In this document: piece after piece, positions 13,458 to 25,951 of the stretch
Layout of the letters: each line of letters starts with the position of its first letter
Numbering within the stretch: position 1 is the first letter of the stretch
Origin: Oikopleura dioica
Lineage: Eukaryota > Animalia > Chordata
Length of the DNA: 64,000 nt
Assembly (NCBI GenBank): GCA_907165135.1
Contig: OU015569.1
Location: 12,214,001-12,278,000, forward strand
Direction: 5' to 3'
Program-made: the position numbers and the translations under genes
Notes under the pieces: generated by a model
What the model was told of the DNA's origin: nothing
Seen by the model: only the letters and a program-made list of their open reading frames with translations
The model's database searches: none

Positions 13458-15621
13458 ATGAACTCAGCCAAGTTTTACTTCTCCATAATCTACACCTCCG
13501 TGCTCTTTCTTCTCAGGTAATTTAATACATCCCCTCTTAACTTTAAATTTATTATTTTAAAATTCGTTCAACAAAAAGATTGTTCTAAAAAAATATGAAG
13601 AAAAAACGCTTAGTTCAATAAATGATTGCAATTAATTAAAGGAGTGAGACACCCTTAATTTATAATTTTAAATAATAATCAATTATTCAATAATCTTCTA
13701 TGTTACATCAAAAATTAAATCTTGGGTAAAACTTTCCTCTTATTTCATATCTATATTTGTTAATTTACATAGTGACACCCTTATTTTATTTATTCTTAAT
13801 AAGGGTTTCACGATGCTAACTTAGACATAAAAATATGCCCGTAAGTTGGGGAAAAGAAAGATTATTGTTTTGAAATCTTTTTGTTTTGAAATTCCGCTCA
13901 TGTTAAATTTTGAAGAAGGGATGGAAGCTTGAAAGAAAGAAGCCACATCGTCTATTTTTAGTTTATACCTGGTGAATTCGCGGGAAGCGGAAGGCAAGCC
14001 GGGTCCTTCAAAGAACACGAGTCCAAAGGTTGACTACATCCTGAACTACGATTACGGCGAACTCGGCAACGCGGATGGGGAGGATGATATTGACGACTCA
14101 GTTGCCGAAGATGGAATCAGGGTTGGAAAAGATGGCTTTTCTATTCAAGATAGTTCGTGCACTCCGCCAGGGGGAATGGTCTTTCTGAAGAAGCACAAGT
14201 CCGCTTCCAGTACGCTACAGGTATAATTGACACAACTGACTGTAGCTTTATGATAACAAAATATCCAATAAGACAGTAGCAAAGAACTTCTGCCGCTACT
14301 ACTCAATGCCTGGCGAGTCCCCTCCCGTCGGTTCCGTTTCCGGCGGCTATCCAGGCCCCTTCCAGCCCGAATTCCTCGGCTCCCCTCGCCACCCAAAGCC
14401 CTACGCAATATCGACTCACCAAGTGTTCAACCTCGAGGTCGAGAAAGCAATCTTTCCAGAAAACGCGTTCTTCCTCACTTCAGTTCGCGAGCCACTTTCG
14501 CTCTTCAGATCCATGTTTGAGTATTTCTACCGCCGCTGGGATTCAGAAGCCGCAGTCAGGTAAGATAACATTGCTCATGAAAATAAACTAGAAGCCGCAA
14601 AGTCCATTTGAAGCAAAAGTCATTTAAACTTTTCGGCAAATGATTAAGTTGTTGCTCCTGTTAGTTTATCGCCCATAACACGCAGCTGTTCTTTAACAAG
14701 CGATTTTAACATTTGTTTTCTATTTAATTCGTCGCCGATGGAGTTCTGAGGCTTCCAAGAAATCAGCTCAATTATGTTTAGAAATCGAAAATGCGGGTTT
14801 ACGTGCTGGGGCGCTCCTTATGCGCACTGGTTGGCGGAGGAGGCGGACGGCGGCGTTCGCTTTGGCGCTGAGATCTCGGAATATCTCGATCGTCTGCCAA
14901 AGATTTTCAATAAGAGCGCGCCCTGGGCTTTTAGGGCGAAAAACTTCCAAGCGTTTGAGCTTGGTCTCGACTGGACAAGGTAATTGAATCTGAGTACGAA
15001 TTCTTATTTCTTGACTTCTGCATTCAGAGACGACAAAAAGTACGTGAGTGGGAAGCTGAATGAGCTGGCAAAAGCCTTCGACCTGGTCGTCCTATCGGAG
15101 TACTACTACGAAAGCTTAGTCCTTCTGCGCGAAAGACTCTGTCTCCCGTGGCAAGCAATGTACGCCCGTTCCCGCATGGTTTCGAAGCCTTACACCAAGG
15201 AGCCTTTCACGTCGTCGCAGTCGAATACGTTGAAGAAGTTCTACGCCCAAGACTTTCAAATTTACAAATACTTCAATCAGACGCTTCAGAAAAAGGTGAG
15301 TCTTCCTTGATTTCGAAAAAGTTGAATTCAAAACTTCAGATAACAACGTACGGCCGCGCTAGAATGAGCCACGATGCCAGGAAGCTGCGGCAAATGTACG
15401 CACTTTGCGACAAACAGCCGAAGCGATGCTCGTTTTCGCGCCCGCAAGCCGCGAAGATGACGAAGGGCGAGCCGGTGGACAACAGCGTGGTGAACACGAG
15501 CGCGCTGGTGGAGTACATGGAAGCGCACCAGGGCTCCTGCGAGTGGGGAGCCTTCGCGAAGCTGAAAGCCAACGAGCCGACCGGCTGCGGACAAGACGAG
15601 ATCCTCTTTCCTAACCTTTGA
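13458..15621 (+). CDS. Galactose-3-O-sulfotransferase family, type II membrane protein
   Basis: N-terminal anchor MNSAKFYFSIIYTSVLFLL; PAPS-binding motifs VFLKKHKSASSTL and TSVREPLSLFRSMFEYF; FDLVVLSEYYYESLVLLRERLC; GT-AG introns. Confidence 0.88.
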
Positions 15622-16022
15622 GGAAGAGGAGAAACAGCCGAAAACGAATCAAAAGACCTGCCATTTAGGAAGAGGCCCTCACCAATTGTAGCTATCGCTG
15701 TTACTGTGAAAATAACTGTACGAGAAAGAAAATCCTATTCTATTTTATTTTGTTTTTAAACTTTAATACTTCAGCTGAAATCTTCATTTCACCAATAAAA
15801 AAGAGAAAGAACGACAAAAAACTAAGCATTATTCAGAAATGCTTAGAAATTTTCAAGATTATTTTTTGAACTTTTTGTGGCTTTATTCAAGATAGGCATG
15901 GTGGTGGAGGAGCAGATAGTAGCACAGGGTAAAATAAAATAGTTTAACAGGGTAAAAATTTTGTTTCTTTTCAATGATAAAAAAATGTCAGGAGCAATTT
16001 AGGCAGTTTTCAGTTTTCCTAT

Positions 16023-19000
16023 TTACAAAAGCATTTTCAATTTCGGCTCCTCGAGATCAGCTAGCACTGACTTTTGCAATTCCTCCTCTTCGGCGGCAGT
16101 GGGCGGCGCTGGAAGAACAAGAGGAGCTGGTGGAATGGGTCCTTCGGCGGGCTCGAACGCTGGGCTTTCTGGTGAGTAGGGCTCTTCGAAGCTATCGTTG
16201 AGATTCTCCTCTCCCTGAATAGTTGAATTAGTCTTTTTCAATAAGAGTTGATCCTTAAGAACAAGCATTGTTCGGCAACGTCTAAAAAATTAGTTTTTAA
16301 CTCGAGATAGGGTCCTGAAAGGGCTCAAATACGCGGCTTCTCCAGAATTTGAAAAAGCTCGAAATATTAATTTCGCGGTTTTTTAAACCCTTTCAAAACC
16401 CTAACTCAAGTTGCCGAGCCAAGATTTGACAAACAACGACTTTTTATACCTTCTTTTCAGTTTCTTTAGCCGAGGCCTCTTCTGATTTGGGCGGCGCTGG
16501 TGTCTCAGCAACAAGCTTAACCTCTTCACCTTCTTTTTCATCCTTCTCCGCTGGGGCGGGCGAATCGGCAATCACCACGACTTCGTTTGCTTTCTCCACT
16601 GATGGTGTTGAAGTCGGTCGCTTCTTGTAATCGCCGAGGCTGATTCGCTTCTTGAGACGAGGATCTGTCGGCTTGGAAGTCGAAGTAGTCATAATCCCTT
16701 CGAGGAACTTTGACGAAGGCGTTTCCACGGGCTCTGGCTTCAACTCCCAGCGCTTTACCGCCGGCGATTTCACTGGCGGATTTCGAAGAGTAGCCGGTTC
16801 AGCTGTGGCTCCACTCTCGCCCCAGCCACTCAACGAATCGCTCTGCATCGGTTCTGGTTCGATTTCTGGCGCAGTAGCGTTTCCCCATTCTGGTTCAGGA
16901 GCACCCCATCCACTGGTCGGTTTCGCTGGCGGATTGTCGCTCTTCTTATGACTGCCCCAAGTACTGTTCGACGCTTCAGGAGCTCCCCAGCCAGTCGAGA
17001 CGGTTTCAACAGGCGACGCTTTATTCTCCGCGCCCCAGCCAGAATTTCCGCCATTCGCTTTTACAGGCGATTGATCTCTCGCTGGAGCTCCCCATCCTTC
17101 TGTGGATTTCACTGGCGAGCTGTTCTTTTCTTGTGCGCCCCATCCTCCGCTGCTTTTGACTGGGGGATCGTTCGTTTGTGGCGTTCCCCATCCACTTTCA
17201 GAAGCAGAAGAAGTCTTTGCTGGAGCACCCCAGCCGGTAGTCGCTGACGAGTTCGTTTCCGGAGCATTTCCCCATCCACTTCCGACGGGTTTTTCTTTTT
17301 GTGGGGAATCGAGCTTTGCGCCCCATCCGCTTCCACTCTCTTTCGCCGGCGAATTAGTCTTCTCTTGCGCGCCCCAGCCTTCTGTTGCACTTGGTCTCGC
17401 TGGCGACTTGTTTTCCGAAGCACCCCAGCCAGCTGAAGAAGAAGTGGTGCCCCATCCAGCTCCGTTAGTCTTTGTTGATGCCGAGCCCCAGTTTCCATCA
17501 TCGTTCGCGGCGGTCTTCGTTCCCCAATCGCTTCCAGCGTTTCGCTCTGTTGGCTCTGTTTGAGAATTATTGCTGCCCCAGTCGGAGTTAGGCTTTTCTT
17601 GCGACGAGTTTCCCCAGCCAGCGTCTTGTGAAGCCCCTGTCTTGGAATTATTGCCCCAACCAGCACCAGCAGCAGATGAGTTCGTTCTTTCTTGGGATCC
17701 CCATCCACTTGAGCTCGCTCCTGCACGTCGTTGATTTCCGGGGCCGTTGGAGTCCCAGCTCTGGCTTCTGAAATGAATAAAATTTAGAGTTTCAGCCTAT
17801 TTTCAAGTGAAGGGGGTTTATATGGGTACGGCAACCTGTAAACAGGGTCAGGAACAAACTTTCAAACTTTTAAATTTAAAGTTATTTGGGACTTACACTG
17901 TTTACGAGTCGCCAAGACCGGGGATTAACAATAAAGGGATGATTTCTTTTGTAACTTACCGTGCGCTGCTCTGGCTATTCCAACTGTCTCTGCGGTCTCG
18001 GTTATTTCCCCACGCTTTTCCAGCAGCTGGTGAAGGACTTCGCGTGTTCGATCTTCGCGGAGCATTGTTCCCCCATGTTTTACCAGCAGCTGGAGAGGGA
18101 CTTCGCGAGTAGGACGATCTTGGAGCACCGTTGTTTCCCCATGTTTGATCTCGAGGAATGGATGGTGTTCGGCTTCTGCTGCGACCGCGGGATGAAGAAC
18201 TGTTTGATCGAGAACGGGATTGGCGGGGCTGATCGTTGTTGCCGTTGTTGAACCAGGATCCGCCGGACTTTGGCTTCGCCCAACTGTCGTTTCTTCCATC
18301 GTTCGATTGATTGTTGGGCCAGGGGTTAGCTTCGTCTCGAGGAGACCGCTGCGACCACGAGTCGGCGTTCTGGCTCTTCGAAGCTGGAGAAACTGGTTTC
18401 GCCCAGCCATCATTATTCGACGATTTCGGCCAAGGTTCCTTGTTGCTCGACTTTGGCGTTGTCGGCTTTGACCACGAGTTTTCTTCCGAAGAAGAGGGCT
18501 TTTGCCACGCGTTTTTCGGCGACAAAGCCTGTGACTTCGGCCAAGAATCGTCGTTTTTCGATTCTTTCGACGCCCAAAGATCTTTTCCGGCGGACGAATC
18601 GCGCGAGTTATTTTGCCAGTCTCCGCCGCTGCTTTCTTTCTTTGGCGACTTCTTGCTCCAGCTGAAACCACCGCCGCCTTCGCCTTGCTCGCTGGTGAGA
18701 TCGGCAAATTCGGCCATGTCCGCGGCGAAGTCGTCTTTGCTCTCCTCGTACGCGCTCTTTTCCGGCTGAAAATAAAATTTAAGGAATCTGTTATGTAAAT
18801 GAAATGAAAAGAATCGAGATGGTCATTATCTCGGCTTCATTCAAAGGTTAACTTCACAGGCTGCCAAGACAAGTTATGATGTTGTCCACTAGTAAAGTCA
18901 ACTTGGCTAGTCTTACCTCCTGGTTGACTTCGATATTGGATGTCTCAGCGAAGGGATCAGCAGCAGGGTCGACGTATTGCTCCTCGCAGCGGTAAAAGGC

Positions 19001-21242
19001 CAGGTGCTTGTTCAAAGACAAGATCGTTAATTGGCCACTAAAGGTGATAAGCTCAAATAATTTGAGCAGCAATTTAATAGAAGCAGCTTCTAAAAGATCT
19101 TCTTTCGCTAGTTTACCTGGCGTCAAGTGAGATGTCCGTAATCCTGTGCTCGTAGGGGACATCGAATTCAACGTCACCGGTATAGTCGCCTTTTTCGTCG
19201 AATCGCAGAATTCTTTTGCCCTTGCTATCAGCAAGGAGAACGTTTCCGTTTCGATCGAAGGTGACGCCTGCCGGCTGGATCACGGCATGTTGTCGGAGGT
19301 CGATCTTCTTGAGCTGCTTGCCTTCCAGGTTGACGAGCCAGAGAGCGAAGCCGTTTCTATTCATGTCGCTGAGGGCGACAACGTCTCCGTGGTGCTTGGC
19401 AAATCGAACTTGGGCGTAGCGATTGATGTCGACTTCCACGGTTCGCGTCTGGCCGCTGAAGGGGTTCCACCAAAACAGCACCGGTCCACGGTTGATGTCG
19501 TTTACGAAGGTGCCGACCTCCTGCTTTCGGCTGCAGAATACGCCGAAACACGGACCGGTTTTGCCGCGTGTCGCGAACATTGGCGGTCCTCGTCGCGGCT
19601 TCAGCATTCGGAACGCCTTCTTCTGGCTCAGTTGGAAGCGCCCATTCGTTTCCGTCCAATGGACGATCGTGAACCCACCTGAAAACAGTTTTAGAACTTG
19701 AAATAAAAAGAACTACGCTTGGCAACCTTCCTCAAGTCATGGTCTTCAAAGAGCTTAATTTAAATTGCTAACTCTACGCGGTCTTTGATTACAACCTTGC
19801 TTGAGTATTTCCAAGCACAGTATTTTCGACCGAGCACAGACCCTGACTCAGGTTCGAAACAGATGAAATAAGTACTTACATTTGTCCAAAAACGCAAGTC
19901 CATTGTTCTTCAGCGCGGTGACAGCAGTTGGTTCTTGGCAATCGACTCCGTTCACAGGCAGCTTGAAGATCAAACTGATTTGTCCGTGCTTGATTTGCAT
20001 GAATTCCAGTTCGCCGGATCCACAGTGCGTGTTCGCCACGGCAACCAGCTTCGTATCTGCACTCGCTCCTTCGAACGCGACGATGCCCATCGGACTACGC
20101 AATCCGTTGTTTTCGAAACCGCGCTCCAGCCGGAAGACCATCGATTCCGGCAGCGGGAAGGTGCACTCGTATCCGAAGACCTCGCCAAGTTCGCTTTCAA
20201 ACTCCTCGAAACGCAGTCGTTCCCCGCGCTGCCGCCGTCTTAATGTAGTTATTAGAAAAAGAATAGATATTTTGTAGATAAACGTAAAACTAACTGTAAT
20301 TACCTTTTGACTACTGGCTCGTCTTCTGGAACCGGCGCTTCTTGGGTGGATGGAGCTACTTTTTCTTGGGTTAAAACATTTATAGCTTCAGTTCAGACTA
20401 AAGACTCTTCAAAAGAAAACTAGTCCAACTGGTGCACTGTTCACATCTCTTTTTAACCCTTTCCTGAGGCGACGTTGACGAAGTCAATATCTTGCGCTTC
20501 CGAAAACGGGTCTTCTTCTGGCGGCATCGCCCAAGCCATGTTTATCTTTCGCTTTCTACTGTTCGAGGGGCCCTCTTTCGTTTCTTCTTTATTCGCTTCT
20601 GTCGCCGCATTCTCCGATCGAGCATTTTCAACGACGACATCTGCTGCTGGTCCCTCTTCAGCTTCTTCGACTGTAGCTGCTTGAGGCGTCTTCTTCTTCT
20701 CTTCGTCGTCGGTAGTCAAGTCGATCATGTCAGTCCCTGGAGTTTTGGGAAATAACTCGTTCAATTCCGCGCTTCCTTGACTTTCTTTCGCAGTTTCTTT
20801 CGGTCCTGTTCCTTCTTCAACTTTTGGCTTCTGGACGCTTATTGAAATAGTTTCACTGGAAAACACGCGTCCTTGGCTTTCATCGGAAAGGCACGCGATT
20901 TCCAACCCATCCTTTTCTTCCTGAATCGATTGCACATCTCCTGTGCCGAGCGATTCTGAAGAAAAAAGGGCAAATTATCAAGAGTTCTATCAGAAAGAAG
21001 ATTACCTTGAGCTCGGTCAGAATCCATTGGCGATTCGGCGCCTGGCGCTTGAGAAGGAGCGACTTCTAAAAAAGATTTCATCATTTTTAGCGAAAAGATA
21101 AGCAAAATAATCCAGTATCATCTCTCTGAACTTTTTTACCTTTTTCCTCCGGCATCTCTGAAATCTGGGGCGTCTTTGGCAGTTCCTCTTGTGGCTGTTC
21201 CACTGCAGTCTCTCCCTCCGCTGGAGCGTCCCCACTTTCCAT
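16023..21242 (-). CDS. Large protein: acidic N-terminus, NHL/beta-propeller-like domain, Ser/Trp-rich region, more than 20 GW/WG repeats, basic/acidic C-terminus
   Basis: About 10 exons join in frame from MESGDAPAEG (21242) to ...PKLKMLL*. NHL-like segments LRSPMGIVAF and IQPAGVTFDRNGNVLLADSKGKRILRFD. Repeated (S/T/A/E)GWG(A/N/S/T) motifs at about 16770-17710. Confidence 0.75.
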
Positions 21243-21876
21243 GTTCGAGTCTGATCCGAATCTGAAGAAAAAGGAGTGTGAGGAGAAATGATGAGTTTGA
21301 GCAGCTGGGGTAGGTTGCCGATCCCGTGGACGGGGAACCCTTCGGCCAATCGGCGTCGAGAACAATCTCGAAACGCTAAAATTCGCTCTCAATCAAGAAT
21401 CGTCGAAAATGGTGATTATTCCTGGCGATTGATAATGAATCACCAAGGCTATTGATTCTTCTATCGGAGCGATAAGGGACAAAAGGCAAATAAAATCGGC
21501 TGAGTCACAATTCTCTCATGTCTTCCTTTGGAAAATGCGATAAGAAGTCTCCCGCCGAGTCTTTTTCGTCTTGAAGTATCAATTTGAATCTATTTCCGGC
21601 CGATTATGATTAAAAATGACTATTCAGAATAGTCTATTCTTTAGATTTTTCGCTCGAAAAACGGTCCAAAATAGCCTCAGTTTGAAATAAAAGTCGGTGG
21701 GAGACCTGTTCTCGTAATTTTCAAGTCGAAAAGATAAAAAATCGTGGCGTTCTTTGGCTTTTTTGGGATGGAAAACCCATTAGTAAGGAAGATTATTTTT
21801 TGGATCTATAATTGTTGTCTCGAAATTGAACAGAATTCCAAATTGGCAGTTATCAGTTCTTATCAGTTTCAATTTT

Positions 21877-22125
21877 CTATCGCTTGGCGGAGGTGGAGAT
21901 GTAGAGGACGTTGTTGCCGCGGATGAAGGTGTCGCCGTACTTGCTCTTGAGCTGCCCGTTGACGTACTCTTCCGTCTGCTCCAGAGCAATGTTCATGTAT
22001 CCGTCCAGACACGCCAGAACGCCTCGGTAGTCGACGCCAGAGTTGAGCTTCACCACCACCGGGTTGCCGATGATCTTGCGCAGGAATTCCGACGGGTTTT
22101 GCTTCTTCGACGTTGTCTTGTCCAT
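21877..22125 (-). CDS. LSM6: U6 snRNA-associated Sm-like protein LSm6 (intronless)
   Basis: IIGNPVVVKLNSGVDYRGVLACLDGYMNIALEQTEEYVNGQLKSKYGDTFIRGNNVLYIS is near-identical to the canonical LSm6 sequence. Confidence 0.97.
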   Translation of the reverse strand: MDKTTSKKQNPSEFLRKIIGNPVVVKLNSGVDYRGVLACLDGYMNIALEQTEEYVNGQLKSKYGDTFIRGNNVLYISTSAKR

Positions 22126-22199
22126 TTTCTCGTCTTGAAAACGCTCAATACTAGGCTCAATTACTTCAGTAGCTTCATAGCTTTCTATTAGAAACATTA

Positions 22200-23150
22200 G
22201 CTGAGATATCTTAAGACATTTCCAAACAATTAACGACATTCAGTAGTCTCCAGATACATAAGAAGACATCTAGACATCATGGGACATTATTAGAACCGTA
22301 GAGACATCTAAAGACATCTTGGAACATCAGCGGACATCTCGAGAAATCAGGGGACATCTAGAGACATGTATTACTTTTATGGACGTCCAAAGACATCCAG
22401 AGACATTTTTAAACATTTCGTATATCCTGAGATGTTCTCAACAATCTAAAGACATTCAGAATGCTCTTGGAAAACTTAAGCCATCTACAGCATCATTTAG
22501 AGACATCTTAAGACATCTCAGTAAGTCCTGAACTATTCTAGTGACTATTTCAAATACAGTAGTCCTCAGTTAAAGTTTGAGCGCCTTTCCTTAATGAATC
22601 AATCTAAAAATAGACTTTTGGTAATCAAACTGTAGAAATGAAAATGATTGATGATTATGGTTGTTTATTTGTAAAAAAATAATCAGCTAGAGTAGAAAAA
22701 TGGAATAAAAAAGATGAAATTTTCGTTGTGGAAGCGTATGTGTCATTCTCTGTACAGTGTAATTTTGCGAAAGAAATGCAAGATTCAAGAGCTTTTCATT
22801 TATAATATAAAATTTGTTTTGAGGAATGATTTTGATAAAATATATCGCGTGGCTGCATTTAGGGATATCCGACGACATTCAGAAGTTTGTGGATACATTG
22901 AAAGTGTTCAGACTCTTCAAAGAAGTTCAGAGACATCACGGGACATCCTGAGATCTCTGAAGACATCATCAGACATCCAGGGACACCCTGAGACATAAAA
23001 GGATATCCATAGACATTTTCAAACATCTGAAGCCATCAAGAACTCTCAGGATACACCTTATGACATCCAAGACAACAAGGGACATTTGAGGCATCCCGCG
23101 ATATCTTCAGAGGTTTTAAGACATCTTGGGACATCCTGGAAGATGTAATG
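22200..23150 (+). repeat. Degenerate GACATC-rich minisatellite-like tracts (22200-22530, 22850-23150)
   Basis: Dozens of AGACATC/GGACATC cores at about 9-12 bp spacing. Similar tracts occur at about 24190-24515 and 41530-41705. Confidence 0.7.
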
Positions 23151-23247
23151 CTTTACAGTGCGATTTCGCAAGTTAATTTTTAAAGGGAAGAATATAAAAT
23201 ATTATTTTTACGGAATGAGTAAGAAACAGACCATGGGAGCCGCTGGA

Positions 23248-25417
23248 TTAGTCCCAAGCAAAGCGAACAGTAGAGGGCCTTCGTTTCTCGGCAAAGACGC
23301 GATTAATTTCGCGCTCTTCCAATTCCGCTTCTTCGCGCGCCGTCTTCATCCTCTCCAAGTTTTCCTTCTCTTCCTGGTCGATTTCGTCGCGGATTCGCTC
23401 GTCGCGGAGGTGCAGCTGCTCCTTGAGGCCTTGGACGAGATCGTCTCTTTTTCGCTGCGTCTCTTGCGCTTCCGCCGATTGTTCTTGCCGCGCCGTTTCT
23501 AGCGCTGTGATCAGATTCTCACGCTCTTCCATCACTTCCAACTGAGCAGCACGGTTTCGAGCCAGTTTTTCGTCAATCTGCGACTTACGATGAGCCAAGA
23601 TCTCCTAAAAACGCACTTTTTAAAACTCATTCTTTTCGACTAAAACTCACGTCGAGGAGTTTTTGGCGAGCTGCGTTTTCTTTCGCCCAGACTTGCTCCT
23701 TCTTCTCCCACCAGTCTGATGCTTGGTCACTAGAAGCCAATGTTACTTTTATTCAAACATCTGAGAGCTACTAACCGATAAAGATTGTCAATTTGCTCTT
23801 GCGCGTCCTTTTCTTCTTTGAGTTTCTGCTTGAGCAGTTGGATTCCTTCCATCGCCAGAGCTCGTTGGTTTTCTTTCTTGTTCGCTTCCAAGTGTCGCTC
23901 CTCTTCTTCCTCGGCTCTGATCCGTTCCAATAGAGCCAGATCCATTTGGAGATCGCGTTCGACTTCTTGTGCTCTTCGCAATATTTGAGCGCGGTACTGG
24001 CGGTAAAGCAGCTTGCGCATTTGCTGAAAAAGCGGCATTGGAGAAGGAGCATTTGCAAAGAATATATACCTGTTGCTGTGTGCGTTTTTCGGCAAGTTGC
24101 TTTTCCAGAATTACTTGGTCGTGGCGAGCAGCGTTCGTTAGAAGTGCCCTTTCTTCGTTCTTCAACTTATTCTGAAAGGAAATATCAATAGGGACATCGG
24201 GAGACGTCTAAGAGACATCAAGGTACATAATGACACATCTAACTAAACTTTGAGACACTTATGGACATTATGAAACATCTTAATTAAAGGATAAGCCATC
24301 CAGTGTCATAAAGAGACATTTAGCAACATTTGAAAGACCTTTTGGAACATTTTCATAAATTTAGGGACATCAAGTGACATTTTCATACATCTAGGTACAA
24401 TTTATGATATTCAGTGACATCATGAGACACTTGGCGACATTTTTAGACGCGTGAAGATTACCCGAAGCACCTCAAGATGTCCCTAGACATATCCAAAGAC
24501 ATCACAAGACATCCAGGATGCCGAAAGCTGTTACCTGTTCTGCTTCGCGTTGCTGCAGCTCTCGAACTTGTTGGGCGAGTTGTTCCTTGAACTCGTTTTG
24601 CTTCTTCGCCTTTTCTTCCTCTGCTCGTTTCTTTTCTAACTCTGCGAGTTGCCGATCGCGTTCCGCTTCTTCAGCTCTTCTGCTTCGTTCCGCCTCGCGC
24701 TCTCGCTGCTCCTCTTCTTTCTCTTCCAACTGCCCGGTCCAGACGTCGACCATTTCCTGTCGCCTTCGTTCGACTTCTGCCGAGCGCACGCGCGGATTGT
24801 CCCTTCGCCACATCTGCATGCGCTTGTCCGAGGCCGAGTTCAGCCGCGCGGTCATTTTCTCCTTCTTCAGCTGCTCAACTCGCTCGTGAATCGAGCTGAT
24901 TCTCGCCTCGTCCATCTTTTCTGCCGCCGCCGCCATCTCCGCCGCGTAAGTGCTCTCTTCTTCGCGCAAGAGCCGCGCCAGCTTCGCCTTTCGAGGGAGA
25001 AGATCGTTCTTTGTCCGGATCATTCGCGCTTGGAAGGGACTGATGCGCTGGATTGTCGAGGAGGAGTTCGGACGAGACCAACGAGCGTCGTAGTCCGATT
25101 TTACGTCTGCTTTGGAAATGTACTTCGTGAACCCCTGAAATTATATTTTTATCAAATGTCGACAGTAGGTCGTCTACTGTATTAATATAATAAGGGTGTT
25201 ACTTTATTGTAGCAATTCATAAAAGTCAAAAATGCTCTGCCAGAAAATCCTGCTTTTCAAAAATCACATCGAATATCACCTGCCATTCTAGCCGCTGGGT
25301 ATTTTCACGCTCTCGCTTCGACTGAATCTTATTCTCGAGGACCGACTTGTGAACGCCCAAATACGACGGCACCGCGGTCGGAAATGCCGACCTTGCTCTC
25401 GGCCGTGACCCGAGCAT
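23248..25417 (-). CDS. TCHP: Trichoplein-like coiled-coil protein
   Basis: PTAVPSYLG N-terminus, MWRRDNPRVR (cf. HWKKNNPKLR), LYRQYRAQILRRAQEVERDLQMD, C-terminal RFAWD (cf. KIAWN), extended E/R/K coiled coil. Confidence 0.8.
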
Positions 25418-25951
25418 CTGAATTTTCGAATCTCAATTTTGCTTTTTTGAAATTTTCGATTTGTTCGTTTGAATAACGATTTTGCAATCAACAAAGAGAA
25501 CACGCGTTTTTTTTTCGTTTTAAATAAATAGATATGTTTATTTGTAGAAAACAAGAGCAGAAAAAGAACGAATTTTAACCAAGATGTTATGCTAGAATTT
25601 GATCAAGACCCAAAGTGGCTTGCGGCTTTGAGCTAAAAATAGAATAGGCCGCGGCTAGTTTATTGAATACTCAAAGCCTCAAGCGGGCTTCGCGATCTGA
25701 TCAAATTCTAGGGTAAAATCTTTGTTATCTTCAATCTAGGCACTTTTCTTATTTCTAGTGTTTTTGATATTTAGTTTAAAAAAATAGAAATCGAGAGTAC
25801 AGATGTAGAAAAATAAAGGAGGCAGTGAGGTAAATGAAGACTTTTTTTTTGTTTTTTTGGGCTTTTTCGGTGGTAAATGAGGATTTATCGGTTTTTTTTG
25901 ACTACCCACTGAAAATTGGATATTTTTATCTTCTTTTTCGATTGTTTAAAA

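Noticed and set aside
16444-18717. Calling the GW-rich gene GW182/TNRC6
   Set aside because: No UBA, PAM2 or RRM was recognised, and the GW tract lies C-terminal to a propeller domain.
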